This document shows, piece by piece, positions 49,936-60,176 of a stretch of 64,000 bases of DNA. Source of the stretch: Paracoccaceae bacterium (GTDB taxonomy: Bacteria > Pseudomonadota > Alphaproteobacteria > Rhodobacterales > Rhodobacteraceae); contig DALYSR010000005.1 of the NCBI GenBank assembly GCA_031991825.1, forward strand, positions 816 to 64,815. The letters run 5' to 3'. Under the pieces are notes generated by a model. The model did no database searches and had not been told where the DNA came from. It was given only the letters and a program-made list of their open reading frames with translations. Numbering within the stretch: position 1 is the stretch's first letter; each line of letters starts with the position of its first letter. The position numbers and the translations under genes were made by a program.

Positions 49936-51125
49936 TGTCGGAAAAGACATCACTCTCCAGCAACTTACGCGACTACGGCATGATCATGGCGCTGGTCGCC
50001 ATCGTGTTCTTCTTCACAGTGGTGGTCCGCGCCAGTCTGAATGTCGATTTCCTGTCGGCGCAGAATATCACCAACCTCTTCCTGCAGAATTCCTATGTCA
50101 TCATCATGGCCTTGGGCATGCTGCTGGTGATCGTGGCGGGTCATATCGACCTGTCGATCGGGTCGGTCTGCGGCTTTGTGGGAGCGGTGGCGGCGGTGCT
50201 GACCGTGCGGGAAGGCTGGCCGGTTTGGGCGGTGATCCCCGCGTGCCTTTGCGTCGGGGCCTTGATCGGCGCGGCGCAGGGCTACTGGGTCGCCTTCTGG
50301 CGCATCCCGTCCTTCATCGTCACCTTGGCGGGGATGTTGGTGTTCCGCGGCCTGACTTTGTGGCTTTTGGGCGGGCAGAACATCGGGCCTTTCCCGAAAT
50401 CCTTCCAATCCTTGTCGACCGGTTTCCTGCCCGATCTGTTCGGCACGGCGGATGAGGCTTTGCTGGGGCTTGAACGGATCAATTCCAGCACCATGGTCTT
50501 GGTGATGGTGGCGGCGCTGCTGATCCTGTGGCTTGGCTTGCGCAAGCGGTCGCAGGATGCAAGCTTTGGCCTGCCGCCCGAACCGATGCTGATTTTCTGG
50601 ATCCGCAACCTGATCATCTGCGGCGCGCTGGTCTTCGTCGGCTATAAGCTGTCGATCTTCCGCGGTCTGCCGAATGTGGTGATGGTGCTGGGGGTGCTGG
50701 TGGTCATTTACGGCTTCTTCACCGAAAACACGACCACCGGACGGCGGATCTATGCGCTGGGGGGCAATGAAAAGGCGGCAAAGCTTTCGGGGATCAAGAC
50801 CGAACGGCTGGTGTTCTTGTGCTTCGTCAATATGGGCGTTCTAGCCGCTTTGGCAGGCATGATCGTCGCCGCGCGGTTGAATTCGGCCACGCCCAAAGCG
50901 GGTGTGGGCTTCGAGCTGGACGTGATCGCGGCAGTCTTCATCGGCGGCGCTTCGATGTCGGGCGGATCGGGCAAGATCGTCGGCGTGGTGGTGGGTGCCT
51001 TGATTATGGGTGTGATGAACAATGGCATGTCAATCCTTGGGATCGGTATTGATTATCAACAGGTTATCAAGGGTTTGGTGCTGTTGGCCGCTGTCATCTT
51101 CGACGTATACAATAAAAACAAATGA
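49935..51125 (+). CDS. gguB: Sugar ABC transporter permease
   Basis: 396 aa, polytopic, with an RIYALGGNEKAAKLSGI motif of the ribose/xylose-type permease family. Its start overlaps the gguA stop. Confidence 0.9.
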
Positions 51126-51133
51126 GGCAGGGC

Positions 51134-52114
51134 ATGTTGCTGTCACAAATCCGTCTGGGCGATGGGATCGGCGTGGTTGCGCGCGAAGGCAGCGAGGCTG
51201 CCTTGGTAAAAGGGGCAAGCTCGACCTATGATCTGGCGCTAGAAGCCGCCAATAGCGGGCGGTCCATCGCGCAAGTCATTGCGGGCTATGGTCTGGGCGA
51301 GGCGGTCGATCTGGTCCGGCTTGCCGAAGAGGGGCGTCTGCTTGCCCCGATCCACCATCCCGATCCGGCGCATTTGCACCTGACCGGCACGGGGTTGACC
51401 CATCTGGGATCGGCCGCCACCCGTGATGCGATGCATACCAAAGCCAATGCTGATGATGCATCGGATTCGCTGAAGATGTTCCGCATGGGGCTGGAAAGCG
51501 GCAAGCCCGCAACCGGAGCGGGCGTGCAGCCGGAATGGTTCTACAAGGGCAATGGCCATCATCTGGTCGCCCCCAATGCGCCGCTGGTGTCGCCCGCTTT
51601 CGCCTTGGATGGCGGTGAAGAACCCGAAATCGCCGGCATCTATGTGGTGGCCGATGACGGGCGCGTGGCGCGGCTTGGCTGGGCCTTGGCCAATGAGTTT
51701 TCCGACCATGTGACCGAACGGATCAACTATCTTTATCTGGCCCATTCGAAGCTGCGTCCGGCATCGATCGGGCCGGAAATCCTGATCGGCCCGCCGCCGC
51801 AGGATGTGCGGGGGCAGTCCCGCATCCTACGCGATGGCGTGGTGATCTGGGAAAAGCCGTTCCTGTCGGGCGAAGTGAATATGTCCCACAGCTTTGCCAA
51901 TCTGGAACATCATCATTTCAAATACGATCTGTTCCGCCAGCCGGGTGATCTGCACGTCCATATGTTCGGCACCGCGACCCTGTCCTTTGCCGATGCCGTG
52001 CAGGCGCAGGCGGGTGACATCTTCGAGATCAGCGCTGATGGCTTCGGCCTGCCGCTGCGCAACGCTTTGGCCCATGCGCCCGATCACGGGTTGCAGGGCG
52101 TCATTACTCTGTGA
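51134..52114 (+). CDS. gguC: GguC / AraD1-family protein (fumarylacetoacetate hydrolase-like fold)
   Basis: Position directly after gguB, as in Agrobacterium and Sinorhizobium. About 327 aa. Family assignment rests on synteny and general sequence appearance. An alternative start exists at 51122. Confidence 0.7.
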   Translation: MLLSQIRLGDGIGVVAREGSEAALVKGASSTYDLALEAANSGRSIAQVIAGYGLGEAVDLVRLAEEGRLLAPIHHPDPAHLHLTGTGLTHLGSAATRDAMHTKANADDASDSLKMFRMGLESGKPATGAGVQPEWFYKGNGHHLVAPNAPLVSPAFALDGGEEPEIAGIYVVADDGRVARLGWALANEFSDHVTERINYLYLAHSKLRPASIGPEILIGPPPQDVRGQSRILRDGVVIWEKPFLSGEVNMSHSFANLEHHHFKYDLFRQPGDLHVHMFGTATLSFADAVQAQAGDIFEISADGFGLPLRNALAHAPDHGLQGVITL

Positions 52115-52123
52115 GGTTCGTCC

Positions 52124-53866
52124 ATGGCTTTCAAACCCGCTGCTTGGCCCCGTAAGCTTAGATCGCAGGAATGGTTCGGCGGCACCGGACGCGATCAGAT
52201 CTATCACCGTGGCTGGATGCGCAATCAGGGCTTTCCGGCGGATATGTTCGATGGTCGTCCGGTCATCGGCATTCTGAACACCTGGTCGGAACTGACGCCT
52301 TGCAATGCGCATCTGAACATTCTGGCTGAATCCGTCAAACGCGGCATTCTGGAAGCGGGCGGCTTTCCCGTTGAAGTGCCAGCCTTTTCCGCCAGCGAAA
52401 GCGGTTTCCGCCCGACGGCGATGATGTTCCGCAACCTTGCCGCAATGGCAGTGGAAGAACAGATGCGCGGTCAGCCGATGGATGGCTGCGTGTTACTGGT
52501 GGGCTGCGACAAGACCACGCCGTCGCTTTTGATGGCGGCCGCTTCGACCGATCTGCCGTCGATCATCGTGACCGGCGGGCCGATGCTGAACGGCTATTTC
52601 AAAGGCGAACGGGTGGGTTCAGGCACCCATCTGTGGAAGTTTTCCGAAGCCGTCAAAGCCGGTGAGATGTCGGATGCCGAATTCGCCGATGCCGAAGCAT
52701 CGATGAGCCGATCCGCAGGGTCGTGCAACACCATGGGCACCGCATCGACCATGGCATCCATGGCGGAATCCCTTGGTATGGCGCTGTCGGGCAATGCGGC
52801 CATTCCGGCGGTCGACAGCCGCAGGCGGACCATGGCGCAGATGTCGGGTCGCCGGATCGTGCAGATGGTCAAGGATGATCTGAAGCCATCCGACGTCTTG
52901 ACCAAAGAGGCCTTTGAAAACGCGATCAGAACCAATGCGGCCATCGGCGGATCGACCAATGCGGTGATCCATTTGCTGGCCATCGCGGGTCGGGTCGGCG
53001 TGGATCTGACGCTGGAAGATTGGGACCGTTGCGGCCGTGACATCCCGACAATCGTCAACCTGATGCCATCGGGCAAATACCTGATGGAGGAATTCTTCTA
53101 CGCCGGTGGTCTTCCTGTCGTCATCAAACGTCTGGGCGAGGCGGGTCTGTTGCACAAGGATGCGCTGACCGTCTCGGGGCAGGGGATGTGGGAGCAGGTC
53201 AAGGATGTCGTCAACCACAATGAGGACGTGATCCTGCCCGCCGAAAAGGCGCTGACCCAATCGGGTGGCATCGTGGTGGTGAAGGGCAATCTTGCCCCCA
53301 AAGGCGCGGTGCTGAAGCCATCCGCCGCCAGCCCGCATCTGATGGTGCATCGCGGTCGTGCGGTCGTGTTCGAAGATATCGACGACTACAAGGCCAAGAT
53401 CAACGATCCCGATCTGGACATCGACGAAACCTGCGTCATGGTCCTGAAGAACTGCGGTCCGAAGGGCTATCCGGGCATGGCAGAGGTGGGCAATATGGGC
53501 CTGCCGCCGAAGGTGCTGAAAAAAGGCATCACCGATATGGTGCGGATTTCGGATGCGCGGATGTCGGGCACGGCTTATGGCACGGTCTGCCTGCATACAT
53601 CCCCCGAAGCCGCTGCCGGTGGGCCTTTGGCCGTGGTGCAAAACGGCGATTTCATCGAGCTGGATGTGCCGAACCGTCGCCTGCATCTGGATATTTCCGA
53701 TGAGGAACTGGCCGCCAGATTGGCCGCATGGCAGCCCTTGCACGAACTTTTCGACAGCGGCTATGCGTGGCTGCATCAAAAGCATGTCGAGGGTGCCGAT
53801 ACGGGGGCCGATCTGGACTTCCTGAAGGGGCCGCGCGGCGCGCGGGTCGGCAGGGATTCGCATTGA
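52124..53866 (+). CDS. IlvD/Edd-family sugar-acid dehydratase (L-arabinonate dehydratase-like)
   Basis: 580 aa. LRSQEWFG N-terminus, VGCDKTTPS, CNTMGTASTM and MSGTAYGT motifs of the IlvD/Edd family. Confidence 0.88.
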   Translation: MAFKPAAWPRKLRSQEWFGGTGRDQIYHRGWMRNQGFPADMFDGRPVIGILNTWSELTPCNAHLNILAESVKRGILEAGGFPVEVPAFSASESGFRPTAMMFRNLAAMAVEEQMRGQPMDGCVLLVGCDKTTPSLLMAAASTDLPSIIVTGGPMLNGYFKGERVGSGTHLWKFSEAVKAGEMSDAEFADAEASMSRSAGSCNTMGTASTMASMAESLGMALSGNAAIPAVDSRRRTMAQMSGRRIVQMVKDDLKPSDVLTKEAFENAIRTNAAIGGSTNAVIHLLAIAGRVGVDLTLEDWDRCGRDIPTIVNLMPSGKYLMEEFFYAGGLPVVIKRLGEAGLLHKDALTVSGQGMWEQVKDVVNHNEDVILPAEKALTQSGGIVVVKGNLAPKGAVLKPSAASPHLMVHRGRAVVFEDIDDYKAKINDPDLDIDETCVMVLKNCGPKGYPGMAEVGNMGLPPKVLKKGITDMVRISDARMSGTAYGTVCLHTSPEAAAGGPLAVVQNGDFIELDVPNRRLHLDISDEELAARLAAWQPLHELFDSGYAWLHQKHVEGADTGADLDFLKGPRGARVGRDSH

Positions 53867-54786
53867 TGGCACGGCGTGGCGTGGCCCTGGTGGGGGTCGG
53901 TAAAATTGCCTTGGACCAGCATGTTCCGGCACTGGCAGCTTCCCCCGATTGGCAGCTGCTGGCCACCGTTTCGCGGCAGGGTCGGGTGGATGGGGTGCCC
54001 TCCTATCCCGACCTGAAATCGATGTTCGCCGCGCATCCGCAGGTGGAAATGGTATCGCTTTGCCTGCCGCCGGTGCCGCGTTTCGCCTATGCCCAAGCGG
54101 TGCTGCAAGCGGGGCGGCACTTGATGCTGGAAAAGCCGCCCGGTGCGAGTCTGGCGGAAGTGCAAACTTTGGCGGGTTTGGCGCAGGTGCAGGGGCTAAG
54201 CCTTTATGCGACATGGCATAGTCGGATGGCCCATGCGGTCGCTGCGGCCAAGGCGCGGCTGGCAGGCTGCCATATCCGCGCGGCCCGCGTGGTCTGGCGC
54301 GAAGATGTGCGCAAATGGCATCCCGGTCAGAATTGGGTGTTCGAGCCGGGCGGCATGGGCGTCTTCGACCCCGGCATCAATGCCTTGTCGATCCTGACAG
54401 ATATCCTGCCGATCAAGCTGCATCTGCAAAGCGCCGATCTTTCGGTGCCGATCAATTGCCAGACGCCGATTGCGGCCGAATTGCAGTTTTCCAGCAATGT
54501 CACCGCCTCTTTCGATTGGCGTCAGACGGGGCCGCAGATCTGGGATATCGAGGTTGAAACCGACCAAGGTCCGCTCGCCTTGCGGATGGGCGGCAATGTC
54601 TTGGAAGTGGCGGGCGAAACCGTGGCGGGTGAAGATTCGATCATGGGCGAATATCCGGCGCTTTATGCCCGCATGGCGGACCTGGTCGCGCAAGGTCAAA
54701 GCGATATCGATCTGGAACCGATGATCCATGTGTCGGACGCCATGACCTTGGGCAGGCGTCACCCGCTTGAAGCCTTCCACCTATAA
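53866..54786 (+). CDS. Gfo/Idh/MocA-family D-galactose / L-arabinose 1-dehydrogenase
   Basis: VGVGKIALDQHVPA, EKPP, WHPGQNWVFEPGGMGVFDPGINALSI closely resemble Pseudomonas galactose 1-dehydrogenase and Azospirillum AraA. Its ATG overlaps the upstream TGA (TGATG). Confidence 0.85.
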   Translation: MARRGVALVGVGKIALDQHVPALAASPDWQLLATVSRQGRVDGVPSYPDLKSMFAAHPQVEMVSLCLPPVPRFAYAQAVLQAGRHLMLEKPPGASLAEVQTLAGLAQVQGLSLYATWHSRMAHAVAAAKARLAGCHIRAARVVWREDVRKWHPGQNWVFEPGGMGVFDPGINALSILTDILPIKLHLQSADLSVPINCQTPIAAELQFSSNVTASFDWRQTGPQIWDIEVETDQGPLALRMGGNVLEVAGETVAGEDSIMGEYPALYARMADLVAQGQSDIDLEPMIHVSDAMTLGRRHPLEAFHL

Positions 54787-54891
54787 CGGCGTCGTTTCCA
54801 TAGGCGCAACAATACCCAAGCCGCGCCGCTTTGTTGCCGGAATCCCCTCGCACACCAAACCTGTTCACCGGTTGCGTAACGCGAGAGGCTC

Positions 54892-55788
54892 ATGGATCGT
54901 CTGACGGAACTGCAGGCCTTCGCGGCTGTCATCGATCGGAGCGGCTTTACCGATGCCGCGCGAGAACTGGGCATTTCGAAGTCGGCTGTGTCGAAGCATG
55001 TCACTTCGCTTGAGGCGCGGTTGGGCGCAAGGCTGCTGAACCGCACCACAAGGCGGGTGTCACCCACCGCGCTGGGGTTGGCCTATTACACCCGTATTTG
55101 CCTTGTATTGGCGGATATTAGCGCGGCCGATGCCTTGGTAAGCGGTATGAGGGATCATCCCGCGGGGGGGATCAGGCTGGGCGTGACACGGGATCTGCTG
55201 CCCTGTCTGTGGCAGGATCTGCTGCCCGATTTCATCCGCCGCCATCCGGCTGTGATGCTGCAGGTGCTGCCCCATGCGGCGGGTCAGGATCTGACGGCGG
55301 GGGATTTCGATCTGGCCTTGTGTCTGGGCGATGTCGCCAGCGGCGCACTAAGCCTGCAGCCTTTGGGCGATGATCGCCTATGCTGGGTGGTCGCGCCGGA
55401 TCATATCGCGCGCCATGGGATGCCGATGGACCTAAAGGGCCAGCGGGTGATTGATTACCCGCTGGCCCCCGTTCAGCTAGAAGGCGCGTTGCTGCGCGTG
55501 AGTGATGCCGCACAGGCCTTGGAAGCGGCGATTGCCGGAGTGGGTCTGGCGCAGCTCCCGCAGGCGATTTGCGCGCAAGCGGTGCGGGCGGGGCTGTTGC
55601 ACAAGGTGCTGCCGGACCAGCCGCTCGCCCAAATGCCTGTGCAATTGTTGCTTCCGATCACCCGTTTGATGCGGGCTGAGGTCAGTGCTTTGGTGGACAT
55701 GCTGCAGGCGCGTTTTACCGTTAAGACCGACCAAGCAGCACCGCTTCGACACGACGGTTGCGAAGACGGTCTGCTTCGGTCTGATTAG
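54892..55788 (+). CDS. LysR-family transcriptional regulator
   Basis: MDRLTELQAFAAVIDRSGFTDAARELGISKSAVSKHV HTH segment. The 3' end overlaps the convergent OmpA-family gene by 68 nt. Confidence 0.85.
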   Translation: MDRLTELQAFAAVIDRSGFTDAARELGISKSAVSKHVTSLEARLGARLLNRTTRRVSPTALGLAYYTRICLVLADISAADALVSGMRDHPAGGIRLGVTRDLLPCLWQDLLPDFIRRHPAVMLQVLPHAAGQDLTAGDFDLALCLGDVASGALSLQPLGDDRLCWVVAPDHIARHGMPMDLKGQRVIDYPLAPVQLEGALLRVSDAAQALEAAIAGVGLAQLPQAICAQAVRAGLLHKVLPDQPLAQMPVQLLLPITRLMRAEVSALVDMLQARFTVKTDQAAPLRHDGCEDGLLRSD

Positions 55789-56647
55789 CCGCGCGCGGGG
55801 CCAAGGGGCCGACGCCATGGGCGTCAATCCTATTGGCGGGAATATTGAAGCGTCGGGTCAGTTCTTGGCGCACCGCCTCGGCGCGTTTGCGCGACAAGGC
55901 GATATTGGCGTCCAGCCCGCCCGATGCATCCGTATGGCCAACCAAGGCCACGCGCGCATTAGGGTCGGCCTGTAGCCATTGGGCCAATGCGGCCAATGCC
56001 GGATAGTCCCCCGCCGTCAATGCCGAAGCCCCCGATGCGAAGACCAGATCTTCCAAGACGAAAGTCCCCGCCGCAGAGAACAACTGGGGCGTGGCCGTGG
56101 CCGTGGTCGGAACAGGTTGCGGTTGAACCGGTGCTGCCACATCCGGCTTTGATCCGGTATCTATGTGGCTGAGATGGATGAAGCCGATATCGCCGCTATT
56201 GGACACCACCAAGGATGCCCATTGATTGCCCTTGCGAGCAAGGAAATAGCGGAAATCGCCCAGATCGACATGCATGTCGGGTTCCGGCAACAGGCTAAGA
56301 TTAAATCGGAAATCATAGCCGCCACAGGCCGAAGTCTCGCATTCGTAAAGCGGCTCGAAGCCCTGCGCTTGCAGGTCTTGGCGCAAGGGTGCCAGCAGTT
56401 CCAGGCTGCTTTTGCCACCCCGTTGCACATGCCAAGCCTGTTGGGTCAGCCTGCCTTCAAGGGTTTGCAGCGCTAGGCTCTGGATCTGAAACGGACCGGT
56501 CGGCAGCCGATGGCTGGTAAACGCCTCTTGTTGGCTGGCGGTGGGTTGGGGCAGGCCGGTCATCGCAGGCGCATCCGCCACCGCCAGCCCCGCCCACGAA
56601 ACCAAGATACCAGCTACATAAAGCGGGAGGAAACGATGTCCCGTCAC
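55721..56647 (-). CDS. OmpA-family peptidoglycan-binding protein with an uncharacterised N-terminal domain
   Basis: Signal-like N-terminus. C-terminal OmpA_C motif LVGHTDASGGLDANIALSRKRAEAV...NRRVE. Confidence 0.85.
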   Translation of the reverse strand: MTGHRFLPLYVAGILVSWAGLAVADAPAMTGLPQPTASQQEAFTSHRLPTGPFQIQSLALQTLEGRLTQQAWHVQRGGKSSLELLAPLRQDLQAQGFEPLYECETSACGGYDFRFNLSLLPEPDMHVDLGDFRYFLARKGNQWASLVVSNSGDIGFIHLSHIDTGSKPDVAAPVQPQPVPTTATATPQLFSAAGTFVLEDLVFASGASALTAGDYPALAALAQWLQADPNARVALVGHTDASGGLDANIALSRKRAEAVRQELTRRFNIPANRIDAHGVGPLAPRAANQTEADRLRNRRVEAVLLGRS

Positions 56648-56656
56648 AGATTGCCC

Positions 56657-57352
56657 TCATCGCTGTCGATAATGCGCTTCTTCAATAACCTGCATCCCCA
56701 GCGAGTCATAGAAGCGCCTCGCGTTAAGATTGGCGCGGGTGACCAAAAGATGAAGCTCCGTCGCTCCAATATTTTGGGCCCAGCGCGCTGATCCGATCAT
56801 GATATTGCGGCCAATGCTTTGCCGACGATATTCGGGCAGCACATCAAGCGCATGCAGCATCACGGCATTGTCATGCGCCGCGATGAAGCAGCACCCGGCC
56901 ACCCGATCCTTGAAGCGACCAAGCATCACGGCCTTGGGCCCAGTGACCCGTTCCATAACCGCTTGGCGCGCAGGGGTGACACCGCTGTCTTCCCAAATCC
57001 GCCGACAGATCTGCAGCATCGGCCAATGCGCCATGGCACTATGGCCGTGATGGGGCAGGGCGGCCAATTGGTCGATATCGGCACGATATTGGAGAACGGG
57101 ATCGACAATCCGGTAGCCCCGCGATTGCAGCGCTTGGTCCAGCATCACATCATTGGGGCCGATGCGGAACAAAAGCGGTTGGCCGAGTTGCGCCATCGCC
57201 GCTTCGGCCGCCTCGATCTCTTCGTCCTGCCATGGCGCGCGCGCGGTGGTGGCGGATGCCCGCTTGCCGCCGTTTTGACCGTCTCGGATCGTCCATGGGC
57301 CGATTTGAAACGCCTTCGCCGCGGGCCACGTCGTATCAAGCAAATCCGTCAT
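56657..57352 (-). CDS. GNAT-family N-acetyltransferase
   Basis: C-terminal VLPEYRRQSIGRNIM...ARRFYDSLGM acetyl-CoA binding motif. Overlaps the upstream cinA-like stop by 4 nt. Confidence 0.8.
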   Translation of the reverse strand: MTDLLDTTWPAAKAFQIGPWTIRDGQNGGKRASATTARAPWQDEEIEAAEAAMAQLGQPLLFRIGPNDVMLDQALQSRGYRIVDPVLQYRADIDQLAALPHHGHSAMAHWPMLQICRRIWEDSGVTPARQAVMERVTGPKAVMLGRFKDRVAGCCFIAAHDNAVMLHALDVLPEYRRQSIGRNIMIGSARWAQNIGATELHLLVTRANLNARRFYDSLGMQVIEEAHYRQR

Positions 57353-58068
57353 GCCAAGCGCGCGGCAAGTTTGGTCATCGCCTCATTGACCCGTGCGGCA
57401 TCGCTGCCCCGGATCACCAGATTGGTCCCATGCGCGCCGTTTTGCTGGAACGGATATGATCCCATTGAAAGATCAGGAAATTCCGCAGCCAACGCGCCAA
57501 AGAGACCGGCAATTTCGCCTTCGCCACGGGTGACGCGCAGCGATTGGCTCAACAGCGGCGGGCCACCGTTCAATTGCGGCAGAACGCCTGCAAGCATCGC
57601 TTCGAAGATATTCGGCACCCCCGCCATGACATGCACATTGCCCAAGCTAAAGCCCGGCGCGGTGCTGACCGGATTGTCGATCAAAACAGCGCCATCGGGA
57701 ATGCGCGCCATGCGCTGGCGTGCCTCGTTGAACTCCTGCCCGCTGCGGTCGTAATGCGCCTGCATCAGGGCCATGGCATCGGCGCGGTGGCTGATCGCTA
57801 CGCCAAAGGCCTCGGCCACCGCATCGGCGGTAATATCATCATGCGTCGGCCCGATGCCGCCGCTGGTGAAAACATGGTCATAGCTTGCGCGCAACGCATT
57901 CAGCGCGTTGATGATCGCGTTGTGGTCATCCATCACCACACGGACCTCGCACAGCGTAATCCCGTGACGCGTCAAGGCACCCGAGAGGTGATGCATATTG
58001 GCATCTCGGGTCCGGCCCGACAGGATTTCGTCGCCAATCACCAGCATGGCAGCGGTGGGATTCGCCAT
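57349..58068 (-). CDS. CinA-like molybdopterin-binding (MoCF_BD) domain protein
   Basis: AAMLVIGDEILSGRTRDAN and FTSGGIGPTHDDITA motifs. Start set at ATG 58068, preceded by GGAAGG. No C-terminal PncC domain. Confidence 0.85.
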   Translation of the reverse strand: MANPTAAMLVIGDEILSGRTRDANMHHLSGALTRHGITLCEVRVVMDDHNAIINALNALRASYDHVFTSGGIGPTHDDITADAVAEAFGVAISHRADAMALMQAHYDRSGQEFNEARQRMARIPDGAVLIDNPVSTAPGFSLGNVHVMAGVPNIFEAMLAGVLPQLNGGPPLLSQSLRVTRGEGEIAGLFGALAAEFPDLSMGSYPFQQNGAHGTNLVIRGSDAARVNEAMTKLAARLA

Positions 58069-58216
58069 GATAACTTCCTTCCTCATCGTTTCGCGCAGCA
58101 GGTCTTGCGGTCTTTATGCGCGCGATTTTGCGTCGCGTCACGCGGATGCGCCATCCCTCCCTCTGGTCTTTTGAGGGCGATCTTCCTATTTAAGGGCCAT
58201 TCAAGGGGATTTAGAC

Positions 58217-59026
58217 ATGCAAGACAATCGCGGTCGCGTGACGCAGGACGGAATTCGCATTTATGAACCGGCAGATTTTGCCGGCATGCGGGCGGCGGGT
58301 CGCGCGGCGGCCGAGATTTTGGATACAGTCGCGGCGCAGGTGGCACCCGGTGTGACCACGGCGGCGATCGACGACTTCATCCGCGCGGAAATCGAACGCT
58401 TGGGCGTTGTATCGGCGACGATCGGCTATAAGGGCTATCAGCACGCGTCCTGTATCAGCGTGAACCATGTGGTCTGCCACGGTATTCCCGGCAGCAAGGT
58501 TCTGGCCGATGGCGATATCCTCAATATCGACGTCACTGTGATCTTGGATGGCTGGTTCGGCGATAGCAGCCGCATGTATGTGGCCGGAAGCCTGAGCCGC
58601 AAGGCAGAGCGGCTGATCGAGGTGACCCATGAATCCCTGATGCGTGGCATCGCGGCTGTGAAACCGGGTAACACCTTCGGCGACATCGGCTTTGCCATCC
58701 AATCCTATGTCGAAGCACAGCGCATGAGCGTGGTGCGTGATTTCTGTGGTCACGGTCTTGGACTGGTCTTCCACGCGCCGCCGAACGTTCTGCACTATGG
58801 CCGCGCGGGCAAGGGGCCGGTTCTGGAAGAGGGTATGTTCTTCACGATCGAGCCGATGGTCAATTTGGGTCGCCCCGAGACCAAGGTCTTGGCCGATGAT
58901 TGGACTGCCGTGACGCGCGACAAGTCGCTGTCGGCGCAGTTCGAACATTCGATCGGGGTCACCGCGGAAGGCTGCGAGATATTCACTTTGTCACCTGCGG
59001 GGCGTTTCCACCCGACCTATGGCTGA
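58217..59026 (+). CDS. map: Type I methionine aminopeptidase
   Basis: 269 aa. CHGIP, DIDVTV, HGLG, FTIEP and QFEHSIGVT metal-ligand motifs. Confidence 0.96.
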   Translation: MQDNRGRVTQDGIRIYEPADFAGMRAAGRAAAEILDTVAAQVAPGVTTAAIDDFIRAEIERLGVVSATIGYKGYQHASCISVNHVVCHGIPGSKVLADGDILNIDVTVILDGWFGDSSRMYVAGSLSRKAERLIEVTHESLMRGIAAVKPGNTFGDIGFAIQSYVEAQRMSVVRDFCGHGLGLVFHAPPNVLHYGRAGKGPVLEEGMFFTIEPMVNLGRPETKVLADDWTAVTRDKSLSAQFEHSIGVTAEGCEIFTLSPAGRFHPTYG

Positions 59027-59047
59027 TCGGGTTTGAGATTGGTTCAT

Positions 59048-59082
59048 AAAGGGCGGCCCTGTCATCGGGCCGCCCTTTTTAA
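59048..59082. terminator. Bidirectional terminator at the map / flgI junction
   Basis: AAAGGGCGGCCC-TGTCATC-GGGCCGCCCTTTTT. The T tract overlaps the flgI stop codon. Confidence 0.8.
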
Positions 59083-60176
59083 TTGACGATAAAATCGGCA
59101 TGTAACGCACCGGCCGCTTTGATGCTTTTCAAAATGTCGATCATGTCGTGCGGGGCGACCCCCAGTGCATTCAATCCGGCAATCAGCTCTGCAAGTGATG
59201 TACTGGCCTCAACAGGGGCGAGCCCTTGACTGGGCGCGCGGTTGATATTCACACTCGTCCGCGGAACCATGACCGTTTCACCTTCGGCGAAGGGATTTGG
59301 CTGGGCAACGAGTGGCGATTCCTCGACGCTTAGGGTCAGGTTGCCCTGCGTGACCGCGACTCTGCTGATCCGGACATCCGCGCCGATGACGATGGTGCCC
59401 GAACGCTGATCTACGACAACTTTTGCGCGCGTTTCCGGAATAATAGTGATGTTCTCAATCTTGCTTAACGCATGAGCAGGCGAGCGCATTCCCGTCGCTG
59501 ACAATTCGATCTCGACCGTTCCCGCATCAAGCATTGACGCAACGCGCCCGCCGAATGTGGCATTCAACGCCGCTTCAATCCTATTGGCAGTGGTGAAGTC
59601 CGGATCCCTAAGCGCGAGGCGGATCTGGGATAGGCTGGACAAATCGAAAGAGACTTCGTGTTCCACGCGTGCCCCGGCTGGGATGACTCCGGCAGTGGGA
59701 ACGCCTTGTACGACGCGGGCAGCGGCCCCTTCCGCCATTAGGCCACCGGCAATTATGGTGCCCTGAGCCACAGCATAGATCTGACCATCCGCGCCGTTCA
59801 TGGGGGTCATCACTAACGTACCCCCCAAAAGACTTTTCGCATCCCCCATCGCAGAGACGGTCACGTCGATCTTGGAGCCCGCGCGAGCAAAGGGCGGTAA
59901 TGTTGCTGTTACAAAAACGGCGGCAATGTTTTTGGGCTTGCTTGCCTCACCGGCGATATTGATGCCCAGTCTTTCAAGCAGATTAGACATTATTTCTTCA
60001 GTATAGGGCGCATTTCGCAAGCTATCTCCGCTTCCGTTTAGGCCGACGACCAAGCCATAGCCCAGCAAGTCGTTCCCCCGCACGCCGTCGAATTCGACGA
60101 GGTCTTTTAATCTTGCTTCAGCCGCGAAAATGATGCTGCCCCAAATAATGAATACCATGGATAAGAAAATGTTCAT
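59079..60176 (-). CDS. flgI: Flagellar P-ring protein FlgI
   Basis: 365 aa. Signal peptide, then RLKDLVEFDGVRGNDLLGYGLVVGLNGSGD and C-terminal LKSIKAAGALHADFIV. Confidence 0.95.
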   Translation of the reverse strand: MNIFLSMVFIIWGSIIFAAEARLKDLVEFDGVRGNDLLGYGLVVGLNGSGDSLRNAPYTEEIMSNLLERLGINIAGEASKPKNIAAVFVTATLPPFARAGSKIDVTVSAMGDAKSLLGGTLVMTPMNGADGQIYAVAQGTIIAGGLMAEGAAARVVQGVPTAGVIPAGARVEHEVSFDLSSLSQIRLALRDPDFTTANRIEAALNATFGGRVASMLDAGTVEIELSATGMRSPAHALSKIENITIIPETRAKVVVDQRSGTIVIGADVRISRVAVTQGNLTLSVEESPLVAQPNPFAEGETVMVPRTSVNINRAPSQGLAPVEASTSLAELIAGLNALGVAPHDMIDILKSIKAAGALHADFIVN

